Shown here: positions 38,262 through 50,311 of the stretch, piece by piece | How positions within the stretch are numbered: position 1 is the stretch's first letter | Layout: every line of letters begins with the position of its first letter | NCBI GenBank assembly: GCA_964016885.1 | Contig: OZ024741.1 | Span: forward strand, 224,874,001 to 224,938,000 | Direction: 5' to 3' | Length of the DNA stretch: 64,000 nucleotides | Source: Eledone cirrhosa | Lineage: Eukaryota | Program-made: the position numbers and the translations under genes | Notes under the pieces: generated by a model | What the model was told of the DNA's origin: nothing | Databases searched by the model: none | Seen by the model: the letters and a program-made list of their open reading frames with translations, nothing else

Positions 38262-38512
38262 TGATGTTAATGAAGTAATAGACACATGTTAATAATGAAG
38301 TAATAGACACATGTTAAAAATGAAGTAATAGACACATGTTAATAATGAAGTAATAGACACATGTTAATAATGAAGTAATAGACATGTTAATAATGAAGTA
38401 ATAGACACATGTTAATAATGAAGTAATAGACACATGTTAATAATGAAGTAATAGACACATGTTAATAATGAAGTAATAGACACATGTTAATAATGAAGTA
38501 ATAGACACATGT
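38262..38512. repeat. 25-bp tandem repeat, about 10 copies
   Basis: gacacatgttaataatgaagtaata. Confidence 0.95.
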
Positions 38513-38634
38513 AGGAAGACCTGCTTTTATAAAAGAAAAAAAAACGAACTTCGTGAACTTTACTTTAGAACATCAACAAAGTACATAGTTCAGAGAACAC
38601 TAGGGCGTGTGTGTGTGTGTGAGTGTGTGTGTGC

Positions 38635-38666
<32 letters not shown>

Positions 38667-38981
38667 ATGTATGTATGTATGTATGTATGTATGTATGCAT
38701 GTATGTATGTATGTATGTATGTATGCATGTATGTAAGTGTGTATGTGGGTTTGCGTGTGTGTGTGTGTGTGTCTGTCTGTATGTATATATGTATGTATGT
38801 GTGTATGGATGTATGTATATGTAAGTATATATTTATGTATGAGTATGTGTGAATATGTATGTATATATTATATATATATATATAGTGGTGGAACACTGGA
38901 AGGTAATATCCGTAGTGGTAGAGCACTCAGTCCAAGGGACGAGTTAGGTAGAAGTGGTTACACAACAGTTAGTTCACCATG

Positions 38982-39021
38982 CCGAGAACAATTGTTTCAC
39001 CTTCGCGGATCTTCAGCTCGG
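38982..39021 (-). ncRNA. Minimal type I hammerhead ribozyme
   Basis: Minus strand: ccgag-CTGAAGA-t.cc.gcgaa.gg.t-GAAA-caattg-TT-ctcgg. Confidence 0.85.
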
Positions 39022-39774
39022 GATGTGTATGGTTATAGGAACAGGAAGGACAACCGTACGAACGCGCATGCGCAGAAACTCGTTCACTTCACACAGGCAA
39101 TACTAGACTGCGTGTGGGAGGTGTAAGGGAGATAACTGCGAAAGTCCGGAAAGTTTTTAGGTTGAAAATAAAATAAAAAAAATTAAAAATAAAATTACAA
39201 AGAATCAGTCCGGAGCCCTGTAGTTATGCAATAGATGTTTGGTGACGTGTGGACAACGTGTGAAAAATTCACTTCTCGTGTTTAGGCAATCACTATTGCG
39301 TAATCTCTTTAGGATAGTTATTCGTTCGTCAATACATAAGCCACACGTCGGATTTCCCCTTTCGTAAGGCTTGGACTTAGTGATGGCTTTCCATTGAATG
39401 GAGTAGCCTATACGTGGCTCGCGAGTTTCGTGGATGAACGAAAGCCGACGTGTGGTTTATGTATTGACGGACGAATAACTATCCTAAAGAGATTACGCAA
39501 TAGTGATTGCCTAAACACGAGAAGTGAATTTTTCACACGTTGTCCACACGTCACCAAACATCTATTGCATAACTACAGGGCTCCGGACTGATTCTTTGTA
39601 ATTTTATTTTAAATTTTTTAAATTTTATTTTCAACCTAAAAACTTTCCGGACTTTCGCAGTTATCTCTCTTACACCTCCCACACGCAGTCTAGTATTGCC
39701 TGTGTGAAGTGACCGAGTTTCTGCGCATGCGCGTTCGTACGGTTGTCCTTCTTGTTCCTATAACCATACACATC

Positions 39775-39814
39775 CCGAGCTGAAGATCCGTGAAGGTGAA
39801 ACAATTGTTCTCGG
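39775..39814 (+). ncRNA. Minimal type I hammerhead ribozyme
   Basis: ccgag-CTGAAGA-t.cc.gtgaa.gg.t-GAAA-caattg-TT-ctcgg; palindromic stem III, GUU triplet. Confidence 0.85.
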
Positions 39815-39854
39815 TATGGTGAACTAACCACTTCTATATATATATATATACACA

Positions 39855-39965
<111 letters not shown>

Positions 39966-39969
39966 TGTG

Positions 39970-40044
<75 letters not shown>

Positions 40045-40406
40045 GTAAGTATGTATGTATACGTACATACATATCTGTATACAGGCGTTTCTGTGTCAGT
40101 GTTGAACAAAAAGGTGACGTGGTTGCCTAAACACTGTACGGTTTAATTCGGGCTGTTTGTTTGTTTACAAACAAACCGAGCATTATAATAAATGTTCGTA
40201 AACCGATACGTGCATATATATATGTGTGCGTGTGTATATATATATATATATACATACTACTGTACGTCTGTATACATATATGTATGTACGTATACATACA
40301 TACTTACATTTAAGTAAGCGCCGTACTAAGAGTGAGAGATGAAATTTCGTTTCATTCTATTCCATTTATCGTTTTCGGTGCGCCCGGCCGACTAAACTCA
40401 CTCGAT

Positions 40407-40414
40407 ATGCAAAT
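40407..40414 (+). promoter_or_regulatory. Octamer motif ATGCAAAT upstream of the hammerhead
   Basis: Conserved in the diverged copy (ATTTGCAT at 10950-10957); function not shown. Confidence 0.35.
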
Positions 40415-40488
40415 TAGGCTGCTCAGCCGTTAATATGCATAAGGAAAGTATATACTTTCAGACGTTCAACCATCTGGCAGGAAGGTAT

Positions 40489-40531
40489 ACGATGCTGACG
40501 ATAGCTAATAAGCTTGAAACTAGTACATCGT
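40489..40531 (+). ncRNA. Minimal type I hammerhead ribozyme
   Basis: acgatg-CTGACGA-t.agct.aata.agct.t-GAAA-ctag-TA-catcgt; 6-bp stem I, GUA triplet. Confidence 0.88.
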
Positions 40532-41438
40532 TCCTGTGTTAGTGTTGAACAAAAAGGTGACGTGGTTGCCTAAACACTGTACGGCGTAATTCGGGCTGTT
40601 TGTTTGTTTACAAACAAACCGAGCATTATAATAAATGTTCGGTAAACCGATACGTGCATATATATATGTGTGCGTGTGTATATATATATATATACATACT
40701 ACTGTACGTCTGTATACATATATGTATGTACGTATACATACATACATACTTACATTTAAGTAAGCGCCGTATTAAGAGTGAGAGATGAAATTTCGTTTCA
40801 TTCTATTCCATTTATATATATATATAGTAGTAATATCTTGATGAACTGTGATACGGTTAAATGTTTATAGAGTAATAAGGTAGGAGAAATAATTTAATAA
40901 ATAAGGTAAATCTAATGGGAAATAACATTTGGTTATTGAAAATAAAATTACTGTTCTTTCAATGTTATATATGTTTCATCTAAGAAGACAGGTTGGTGTC
41001 ATCGTCGTTGATGTCTTTGCTGTTGACATTGTCGTTGTTGTTGGCATTGTCGTTGTTGTTGTCGTTAATCTATCTGCCAAAGAAATAGATCGAGGCTCTG
41101 TCTAAAGGGGATATGTTAAAGTAATGAAGTCGTTATATGAAAGATTTTTCATTCACACACATACAAACACACAACACGCTCTCTCTCTCTCACACATATA
41201 CATACCTATATATATATATATATATATATATATACTATAACGTATGTCCATAGAATCATTTGATAATATATATACACCATTTCCTATATGTATATACGTA
41301 CACACACACACACACACACATATACATACCTATATATATATACTATAAAGTATGTCCTTAGAATCATTTGATAATATATATACACCATTTCCTCTATGTA
41401 TATACGTACACACACACACACACACACACACACGCACG

Positions 41439-41480
<42 letters not shown>

Positions 41481-41827
41481 CACATACATGTATACTTATA
41501 TTTACATATCCACCCATCCATACACACACACACACACCCTCTCTCTCACACACACACACATATATATATACATATGTATACATATGTATTCACACACATA
41601 TACATACTTATATTTATACATCCACCCATACATACACATCCACCATACCTATACATATATATACATAGAGGTACATGCACACATATAATACAACAACAGT
41701 GTATGAATAATCACAGCTAGTGTTATTAAACAGTTATTGTTATCAAACACACTACAGGTCATTGTGTCCTCTGCTTAATGTTATCAATCGTTTATTGTTA
41801 TCTAAAGACTCCGTCTCAATCTGTCTC

Positions 41828-42225
41828 CTATAGGCACACGGCCAGAAAGTTTTGGGGAGGGAAAAGTCGATTAAATCGACCCAGTACGTTACTGGTGCTT
41901 TATTTTATCGACCCTGTAAGGATGAAAGGCAAAGTTAACTCGGCTAATTTGAACTCAGAACGTAAAGGGACATAACTCTATGGTTAAGCATGTTGTCCGT
42001 TGCTCTATCGATTCTGCCAATCCACCGCCTCAATCTAATAATTGTTTCTACTTTTGGTACAAGGCCAGCAATTTCCCTAGTGCATTACTGGTACTTTATT
42101 TTATTAACCCCATAAGAATGATAGGCAAATTTTACCTCGGCTTGATTTGAACTCAGAACACAAAGGGCCGTAACTCTATGCTGCAAAGCATGGCATCCTA
42201 CTCTCTACTGATACTGCCAATCCTA
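41828..42225 (-). mobile_element. Two tandem copies of the abundant SINE
   Basis: Reverse complement of the SINE unit, twice. Confidence 0.8.
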
Positions 42226-42803
42226 AGCCTTAATCTAATAATAAGCTGCAACAATACTAAATAATTTGTATTAAAATTACGACTATGTTCTAGCTTTATC
42301 TTTTTATTACGTTTTTTAATTTCATATTTTCGTGTGAGACATTTACACTTCGTTTGGATCAATACATAGCCTAAATCTATCATCAACGTTTCTAGGTTTT
42401 CACAGTCTCATCTTCATGATATTCAGTGATATTGATTTGCGCTGCTTCTTTATAGCAAGCGAACATGCAATTATGCAGACTTTATGAAATAGGTCGATGA
42501 AATAAAGTAGCAGTAATATACTGGTTAATTTCTGGCCTTGTGCCAAAAGTAGAAACAATTATATTTATACGTCATCAATCATGTGTATAGTTTGTTTATG
42601 AACTAAATGTACATTAACTACAGAACATTACAAAGACTTCATAAAACGTAATTCAAAATACATCACACTAAAGTATAAACTAATATGAATAATATATTGT
42701 AATATATATTATAGCAGTGTTCGAAGAGGCATTCACCGAAACTTTGAAGTCATTGCCACCATTTTATTCAGAATATGCACACACACACACATATATACAT
42801 GCA

Positions 42804-42938
<135 letters not shown>

Positions 42939-42957
42939 TCACACACACACACTCACT

Positions 42958-43011
<54 letters not shown>

Positions 43012-43599
43012 CCGTATATATTCGTATATAAGCCGCGAAATATGTGACAAAAATTCGATAGTGAAATGGGGACGTCTTATATTCGAGGTCAATACTTTGC
43101 CGATTTTCATCAACTTCAAAAATTATATTTGCTTTGGAGGTGAATATTACACCAGTTTCATTTTCAACATGAAATTCGTATTTCTTATTGTTTTTTTTAT
43201 ATGTTTGAATGAATATGGCCTTGAAAACGGTCTAAAAGTGGTAAAAAAAAAACGTTATGTAATGAAGTTACGAACACAAACTATACTCTAAACAACACTT
43301 AAAACACTTTAAATATCAAAATACTAAAACTTCATAAATATATATTTGTTTCTACTTTAGGCACAAGGCCAGCAATAACCCAGTTCATTACTGGTACTTT
43401 ATTATATCAACCCCGTAAGGATGAAAGGCAAAGTCAACCGCGGCGGGATTTGAACTTAGATCGTAAAGGGACGTAACTATGCTAGAAAGCATGGCGTCCG
43501 ACCCTCTACCGATATCGGGTTTGGAACTTTGCTTATTTCTCAGACATCATATAGTGGTTAGGCATATATTCCGATTGACTTATATTCGAGTATATACGG
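43012..43599. mobile_element. Non-autonomous Tc1/mariner-superfamily (Tc2/pogo-like) element with a nested SINE at ~43345-43515
   Basis: TIRs ccgtatatattcgtatataagcc / gacttatattcgagtatatacgg, TA flanks. Confidence 0.75.
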
Positions 43600-43626
43600 T
43601 ATATATACACATACATCACTCATATA

Positions 43627-43738
43627 TGGCTGAGTAGTTAGAGAATTGGATTCGCAATCGTGCGGTTGTGAGTTCGATTCCCGGACCGGGCGATGCATTA
43701 TGTCCCTGAGCAAGTCACTTTATTTTCACGTTGCTCCT
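43627..43738 (+). mobile_element. tRNA-derived SINE head plus CORE-like domain
   Basis: A box tggctgagtagtt, B box gagttcgattcc, then gtccctgagcaagtcactt. Confidence 0.7.
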
Positions 43739-43865
43739 TCTACCTGGATTTGCGACCGATAGATAGTATTAGCAATTGGAAAGACCAATGGAAACATTGT
43801 TTCCTCGGTCCGATTTGACGAAAGTCGATCGACTGTCGATATATATATATATCGACAGTCGATTA

Positions 43866-43924
<59 letters not shown>

Positions 43925-44019
43925 TTGTGTGTGTGTATAGATGAATACGTGTGTATATCTACAGATAGACAGAGGGAGGGAGAGAAAGAGAGAGGCATAT
44001 ATATATATATATATATATA

Positions 44020-44143
44020 TATTTTATAGAAGGAGCTTCTACAGGACTAGTACTGTTTCATTCAGATGAAATCTTCAGGAAGCTCCTGAAGATTTCATCT
44101 GAATGAAACAGTACTAGTCCTGTAGAAGCTCCTTCTATAAAAT
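44020..44143. ncRNA. Palindrome made of two back-to-back hammerhead motifs
   Basis: Minus 44086-44032: ggagcttc-CTGAAGA-t.ttca.tc.tgaa.t-GAAA-cag.tactagtc.ctg-TA-gaagctcc; the plus copy 44080-44132 has an imperfect stem I. Confidence 0.8.
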
Positions 44144-44215
44144 AAAAAAATTTACTCTGCCATGTATTGAGTACCTTACTTACTGTGGTTATCCCCGACT
44201 CAACCCGGGACCTAC

Positions 44216-44289
<74 letters not shown>

Positions 44290-44715
44290 AGAGAGAGAGG
44301 AAGTAAGTATTTAAGTAGTTCAGGACTTATGAAACATGTCTGTAGTCTTTTTTTTTTTTTCACTTTCGAATTTTAAAAGTCTCTGAGAGTACAGTGATAT
44401 ATGGACATTTCTTTCTATCGGAGTCAGATTCCAGTTACATCGTATTCAATTTCTCTCTTCATACATTGGAATTTCTGTTCCAAGTTCATGTCATAAACAA
44501 CATGGAATTGAAAGAATTTCTTGCTACTCACGACATGGTACACACACATATATATATATATATACATGTATACATGTATACACTCATCTCCATATAGAAA
44601 TCCACTCACAGGCATTCACGCACAGCTACATACATATATATTTTATGCACACACACACACACATTCTTCCACACGCAAGATATACAGCCAAGATATACGT
44701 ACATACATACATACA

Positions 44716-44746
<31 letters not shown>

Positions 44747-44779
44747 GTATATATATTCTATTATTCTATTACGTGTTCC

Positions 44780-45408
44780 AGCCGACATGCTGAGGCCATG
44801 CTGGGGAACCGCCATTGATGTTACACCCTCTACAGCCAGCTTTACTTGGTTGGCCATTGATACAAAAGGGAGTTTGTTGCTGCCGCCCTTATTTGCGATT
44901 CGCCTCATGCTGTGGGTTCATTTGGGATCTTGGTCAGCAGAATGTGGAGAGGTTTCTTGAAAACATCTACATGCACATCATGTAGATCTTTCAGAATTTT
45001 TAAATGCTGGAGTCCTTTGAACTCCAGGCTATAGTAGTATGTGGTCCATATACTTACTGCGATGGATGGCACCTTTGGCACTTCACACTGGCGTCTTGTT
45101 CGTGGGCTGGTCCTGCCTTCAATGCCAAAATTTGGTGCTAACTATTCCAGGATCTTCCATACATATATCACTGCAAATCTCTCTCGTCTTTGCTCTAGGA
45201 AGTAATGCTTTAGTTTTTTCAGCCTCTCCCAGAAGCTCATCTCTTTCATTGAGGCAACTCTCTCAGAGTAGCTTCGCTGGATTGCTTTAAGTTCTGCAGT
45301 TAGTTTGACACTGTGGGGCGACCACAGCTGAGAACAATAGTCCAATCGGCTGAGGACGGAAGTCGACCAGAGGACCAACATGGTCTCCGGGTCTCTTGTC
45401 CTGAAGGT
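44780..45408 (-). pseudogene. CR1-group LINE 3' fragment
   Basis: SRLDYCSQLWSP...LKAIQR...WERLKKL..LEQRRER..IYVWKIL matches the CR1 post-RT C-terminus; the right portion is best supported. Confidence 0.8.
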
Positions 45409-45409
45409 T

Positions 45410-45725
45410 GTTCAATCAACAGAACAACTTGCTCATGAAATTAACTGTAAGTTAATGTCTGAGCATTCCACAGACACATGTACCCTTAACGTAATTCTCA
45501 GGGATATTCGGTGTGACACAGAATATGACAAGACTGGCCTAATGTTGAATTACAGATACAGGGCATTCGACAGGCTTCCAAACAGTTTCCGTGTATCCAA
45601 TTCCACTCACAAAGCATGGGACGACCTGAGACTATGATAATCAACACTCACCGAAGATGCTATGCAGAAGGATCGAACTCGGGACCTAATGATTACGAAG
45701 TAAACTTCTTAACCATTCGACTATG
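45410..45725 (-). mobile_element. Third SINE family copy (also ~47270-47605 and ~50005-50310)
   Basis: Shared block gaaattaac....gtggctgagcattcca.a.acac.tgtacccttaacgtaattctc and a tRNA-like head (gatcgaactcggg). Confidence 0.6.
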
Positions 45726-46110
45726 TTGCGTCAATATACTGTGTAGCTATCTTTCCTATCCCCTTATATGAGGTGAGCATTCGACTTTATAATAATTTAG
45801 GAGGGAGCCTGTTACGCGTTTATTCTAAATGCTAGAGGTAGCAGGCACATTTCCCTCAAATCAGACTTCCATCATCTTAAATGCGGAGAAAACACATGTA
45901 ATCTTACAAACCATTAAATATATGGTTGGAATAACTTTCATCATAGGCCGGCTCGAGCAAGGTTGATCTAGGGCTAAACACCACCAATACCCCCCATCAC
46001 TGCAATCACCCCATCATCATCGTAACCACCCCACCCACCAGCACCGCCACCACATTCACCATCACCAATTAAAACAAAAACAATAATAATAACAGCGATA
46101 ACAACATATC

Positions 46111-46145
<35 letters not shown>

Positions 46146-46793
46146 ATTAATGAAAGTTAATGCAAAGTTAAATGAAATGTTATCATCTCCGGAAAGTAAC
46201 GATCGTTGCACCGGCAAAATATTATTTTACTAGGAAGAAGAGGAGTCTAATGTTTCAGACAGTGGTCTATTATCAAAGAGAGATGAAATGTGAATGTCAA
46301 GGTTACAGTACCTTTCTTCACCCCTCCACCCCAAAAGAGGTAGAAATGTCACTATATATGCCCGGAGCTTGCTTTTAGTTTGATATTCAAGTACCCAAGA
46401 GCTAACCATTTCTCTGTTCTGTTTGCAACGATCCATGCTTATTAATTCGAATTTCAATCTAAAAACATTCGAATTCAATTGCTTTGTTCACATTCCTGGA
46501 AGTAATGTGTTCTTTGTTTTTGTTTAATTGGAAAACTGAGAAAATGGAGAGAAAGTAAAGAAGTTAAGAAAGAAAGAAAGGATGTAGGAAAGGAAGGAAA
46601 TAATGGAACAAAAATTGTAAATCAATAATAACGACGGAGGAAGAAAGTTATTTACCCCAAAAGAAGAAAAAATGGCCCGAAAGGAAGAAGAATTGCTTGA
46701 AAGAGAGAAGAGTTACTTAAAAGAAAGAAAACATTGCTTGAAAGAAAGAAAATTGCTCGTAAGAGAGAGAAAGAAATATATATATATATATAC

Positions 46794-46891
<98 letters not shown>

Positions 46892-46934
46892 CTAAATAGA
46901 ATGAAAGGAAGATAAAAAGAGAAGGAAGAAATTT

Positions 46935-47150
46935 TGATAACTAATTTAGGTACAAGATCAATAAATTTTTGGGGAAGGTCAAAGTTGATCAAATTAACCC
47001 TCAATACTTGACTGGTACTATATTTTATCGACTCTGGAAGGATGAAAGGTAAAGTTGACCTCGGCGAGATTTGAACTCAGAAAGTAAAGTGCCGGAACAA
47101 ACACTGCGAAATATTTGTCCAGCGTTCTAACGACTTTGTCAATCCACTGC
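46935..47150 (-). mobile_element. Diverged copy of the abundant SINE
   Basis: ctggtactatattttatcgac...ggatgaaaggtaaagttgacctcggcgagatttgaactcag. Confidence 0.7.
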
Positions 47151-47892
47151 TCTCAAAAGGAAGAAATAATGGAGAAAAAACCCCAAATATATTGAACTGA
47201 AAGAAATGAAAGTAAGAGAAAGAAAAGAAGTGGAGAAAGACAGCTAGAAAGAGTAAAATGGACTTCTGTCAGTTTCGACGATGAGTGTTCCAGTTGTTCC
47301 ATTATAGAATATCCTGTTCATGAATTTAACGAGTAAGTGGCCGAGCATTCTGAAAACACGTGTACCCCCAACGCCATTTTCAGAGAGATTTGGCAAGACA
47401 CAGGAGTGAAAAAAATTGGTCCTTTCAATTACAGGTAGGATTACTGGTACAGACCATCCGACGAGCTTCCAAACAGTTTCCATCTAACTAATTTCATTTA
47501 CAAACCGAGGATATGGTAAATCACACCTGATAAAGATGCTACTCAGTGGGATCGAACTCGGGACCTAATGACAGCGAAGTGAACTTCTTGGCCCTTCAGC
47601 CATACTACACTCATAAAAAAAGTTGTATGAAAAAAAAAAAGATAGTAGGGAACAAAGAGGATATGACTGGAACTTTATTATCGACATCGAAATAATTAAA
47701 GGTAAAGTTGGCCTCGGTAGGATTTGAGTTTGGTGGGCAGAGAACTGGAACAAATACCGAAAAACCGATGTTCTAAAGAGCATGCCAATACATCGCTATA
47801 AAGAATATATTGGAAAAATGCTGTAAGAAGGATTGAATCAAAGAACTATAAAAAGGAAGAAAAGACGGCAATGAAAAAAGATTAATGCGCCT

Positions 47893-47971
<79 letters not shown>

Positions 47972-48011
47972 GATATTAACAAATGGAAACTATATTTATA
48001 AAACCATATTT

Positions 48012-48074
48012 ATTTCATTATACATATTTCAAGGATACCAAGTTAAATTATGGTATGCCTTCATCAGACAAAAT
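48012..48074 (-). ncRNA. Type I hammerhead ribozyme
   Basis: Minus strand: attttgt-CTGATGA-aggcatacca.taatttaact.tggtatcctt-GAAA-tatgta-TA-atgaaat. Confidence 0.7.
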
Positions 48075-48224
48075 ACAATATATACCAGTTTTATAAATAA
48101 ACATTGACGTACCCTTTCAAAATGCGACCATTACTTTTGAAAGACATCAGGATAGTGGTTTGTTTATTTTAGTAAATCGTAGTGTTAAGGATAAGTAAAA
48201 AGACGGAGAGAGAGAGAGAAAGGT

Positions 48225-48470
48225 GGAGAAAAGAAAGGGAGAGATAAATAAAGAAAAAGTGGAAACAAAAAAAAAAAAGAAAAAAAAAGAAAAAAGAAAA
48301 AAGAAAAAAGAAAAAAGAAAAAAGAAAAAAGAAAAAAGAAAAAAGAAAAAAGAAAAAAGAAAAAGAAAAAAGAAAAAAGAAAAAAGAAAAAAGAAAAAAG
48401 AAAGAAGAAAAAAGAAAAAAGAAAAAAAGAAAAAAGAAAAGAAAAAAAAAGAAAAAAAAAGAAAACAGGA
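48225..48470. repeat. Purine tract (GAAAAAA/GAAAAA)n
   Basis: Direct reading; it accounts for the poly-K and poly-F ORFs. Confidence 0.95.
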
Positions 48471-48650
48471 AAACAACAGAGAGATATCAAACCACCAGGC
48501 AGAGAGAAAAAAACTCAAGAGAGAGAAATATAGAGATAGAGAGAGGGGGAGAGAACGAAAACCTGAAGTCATGTCATATTAAGTTGAGTTAACAATTGAG
48601 ATGAAATGAATAAATAAAATTAGAAATATTAATATTCATGAATGATATAT

Positions 48651-48738
<88 letters not shown>

Positions 48739-48764
48739 ATATATATATATATGTAGATTAATGC

Positions 48765-48809
<45 letters not shown>

Positions 48810-48843
48810 GTATATGTATATATATATATATAAAACCATATTT

Positions 48844-48906
48844 ATTTCATTATACATATTTCAAGGATACCAAGTTAAATTATGGTATGCCTTCATCAGA
48901 CAAAAT
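48844..48906 (-). ncRNA. Type I hammerhead ribozyme, identical copy of 48012-48074
   Basis: 47996-48111 is duplicated at 48828-48943 (offset 832). Confidence 0.7.
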
Positions 48907-48940
48907 ACAATATATACCAGTTTTATAAATAAACATTGAC

Positions 48941-49007
<67 letters not shown>

Positions 49008-49046
49008 TATAATATATATACATATATATATATATGTGTGTGTGTG

Positions 49047-49079
<33 letters not shown>

Positions 49080-49332
49080 GGTATATAGGTATATATATGT
49101 GTGTGTGTGTATATATATATATATATAGGTATATAGGTATATATATGTGTGTGTGTGTATATATATATATATGTGTATATGTGTATATATATATGAATAT
49201 ATGTGTGTGTATATATATAAATAAATATATATATATATATATATATAGTAATAATAATAAATTTGAAGACTAAAATCAAAGAGGGCTCGATAAGGATAAA
49301 TATATATCAAATATATAAGAACCGTAGAGCAA

Positions 49333-49712
49333 ATATTTATTAAAATAACAGATTAAAGTTTAAGCAAAGAATCGCCTCTTTCACCCTTAACGGGATCTTC
49401 TGAAACTAACAAAGTCAATCTGTAAACGCAGAAGTAAATATTTCAAAAAACGTTGCAACCGAAGGAAGACAGGAAGACGATACTTTGGTTCGTGGAAACG
49501 TTCCCTGGCAAAGAACGGGAAAAAACGAAGATAATACGTCATTGCCAGGGAACGTTTCCACGAACCAAAGTATCGTCTTCCTGTCTTCCTTCGGTGGCAA
49601 CGTTTTTTGAAATATTTACTTCTGCGTTCACAGATTGACTTTTTTAGTTTCAGAAGATCCCGTTAAGGGTGAAAGAGGCGATTCTTTGCTTAAACTTTAA
49701 TCTGTTATTTTA

Positions 49713-49720
<8 letters not shown>
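49333..49720. mobile_element. ~180-bp-arm inverted duplication with variant hammerhead-like motifs
   Basis: 49333-49511 versus 49542-49720, 30-bp spacer; agttt-CAGAAGA-t.ccc.gttaa.ggg.t-GAAA...TT-aaact at 49646-49696. Confidence 0.75.
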
Positions 49721-49773
<53 letters not shown>

Positions 49774-49776
<3 letters not shown>

Positions 49777-49872
49777 GGTGTCCCAAAAAATGTATGCCCA
49801 CTTCAACAACATTCCAATACATATTGCCTGTACAGGTAATCAAAGTATCTATACATTTTTGGGGACACCCTG
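49774..49872. mobile_element. 99-bp Tc1/mariner-type MITE
   Basis: TIRs cagggtgtcccaaaaaatgta / tacatttttggggacaccctg inside (TA)n. Confidence 0.8.
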
Positions 49873-50311
49873 TATATATATATATATATGTCTGAATTAC
49901 TGTCGGCTTCTTGCTTACATTAATTTCTCTATTTTCATATATATATATATATATATATATATGAAAAAACGATGATAAATGAGTGTTATTGTGTTGGATA
50001 TCCACCAGTTTCGACGATGAGTCTTCCAATTGATTCGATCAACAGAACAGATTGAACGTGAAATTAAAGTTTATGTGGCTGAGCATTCCAGAAATATGTG
50101 TTCTTTTAACGTAATTCTCAAGGAGATTCAGCGTGACATAAAGTGTGACAAGGCTGGTCTTTTGAATCATAGGTACAACTCATTTTTGCAATCAGAATGG
50201 AAAGGGACAACGTGAAATAAAATGTCGTACTTAAGGACACAACACGCTACCGGGGTACGAACTGACGACTTTACGAGCGTGAACAGAACACCATCTAACC
50301 GCTTAGCCAAT

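Larger units (their letters stand above)
38949..39836. mobile_element. ~400-bp-arm inverted duplication with a hammerhead near each outer end (Penelope-type inverted pLTR-like)
   Basis: 38949-39356 is the near-perfect reverse complement of 39440-39836; ~83-bp spacer; right end joins (TA)n. Confidence 0.85.
40041..40813 (+). mobile_element. ~445-bp tandem unit (about 1.6 copies) with hammerhead, retrozyme-like
   Basis: 40086-40367 repeats at 40529-40813; 40041-40084 is an inverted piece; (TA)n on both sides. Confidence 0.8.

Noticed and set aside
43627-43690. tRNA gene
   Set aside because: A and B boxes are present but there is no full cloverleaf, and it continues into a SINE CORE-like domain
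43826-43863. Short palindromes at TA tracts (also 10145-10183) as distinct elements
   Set aside because: They are too short and lack ribozyme or TIR features; probably fold-back repair products
48147-48582. Lys-rich and Phe-rich ORFs
   Set aside because: They derive from a simple purine tract
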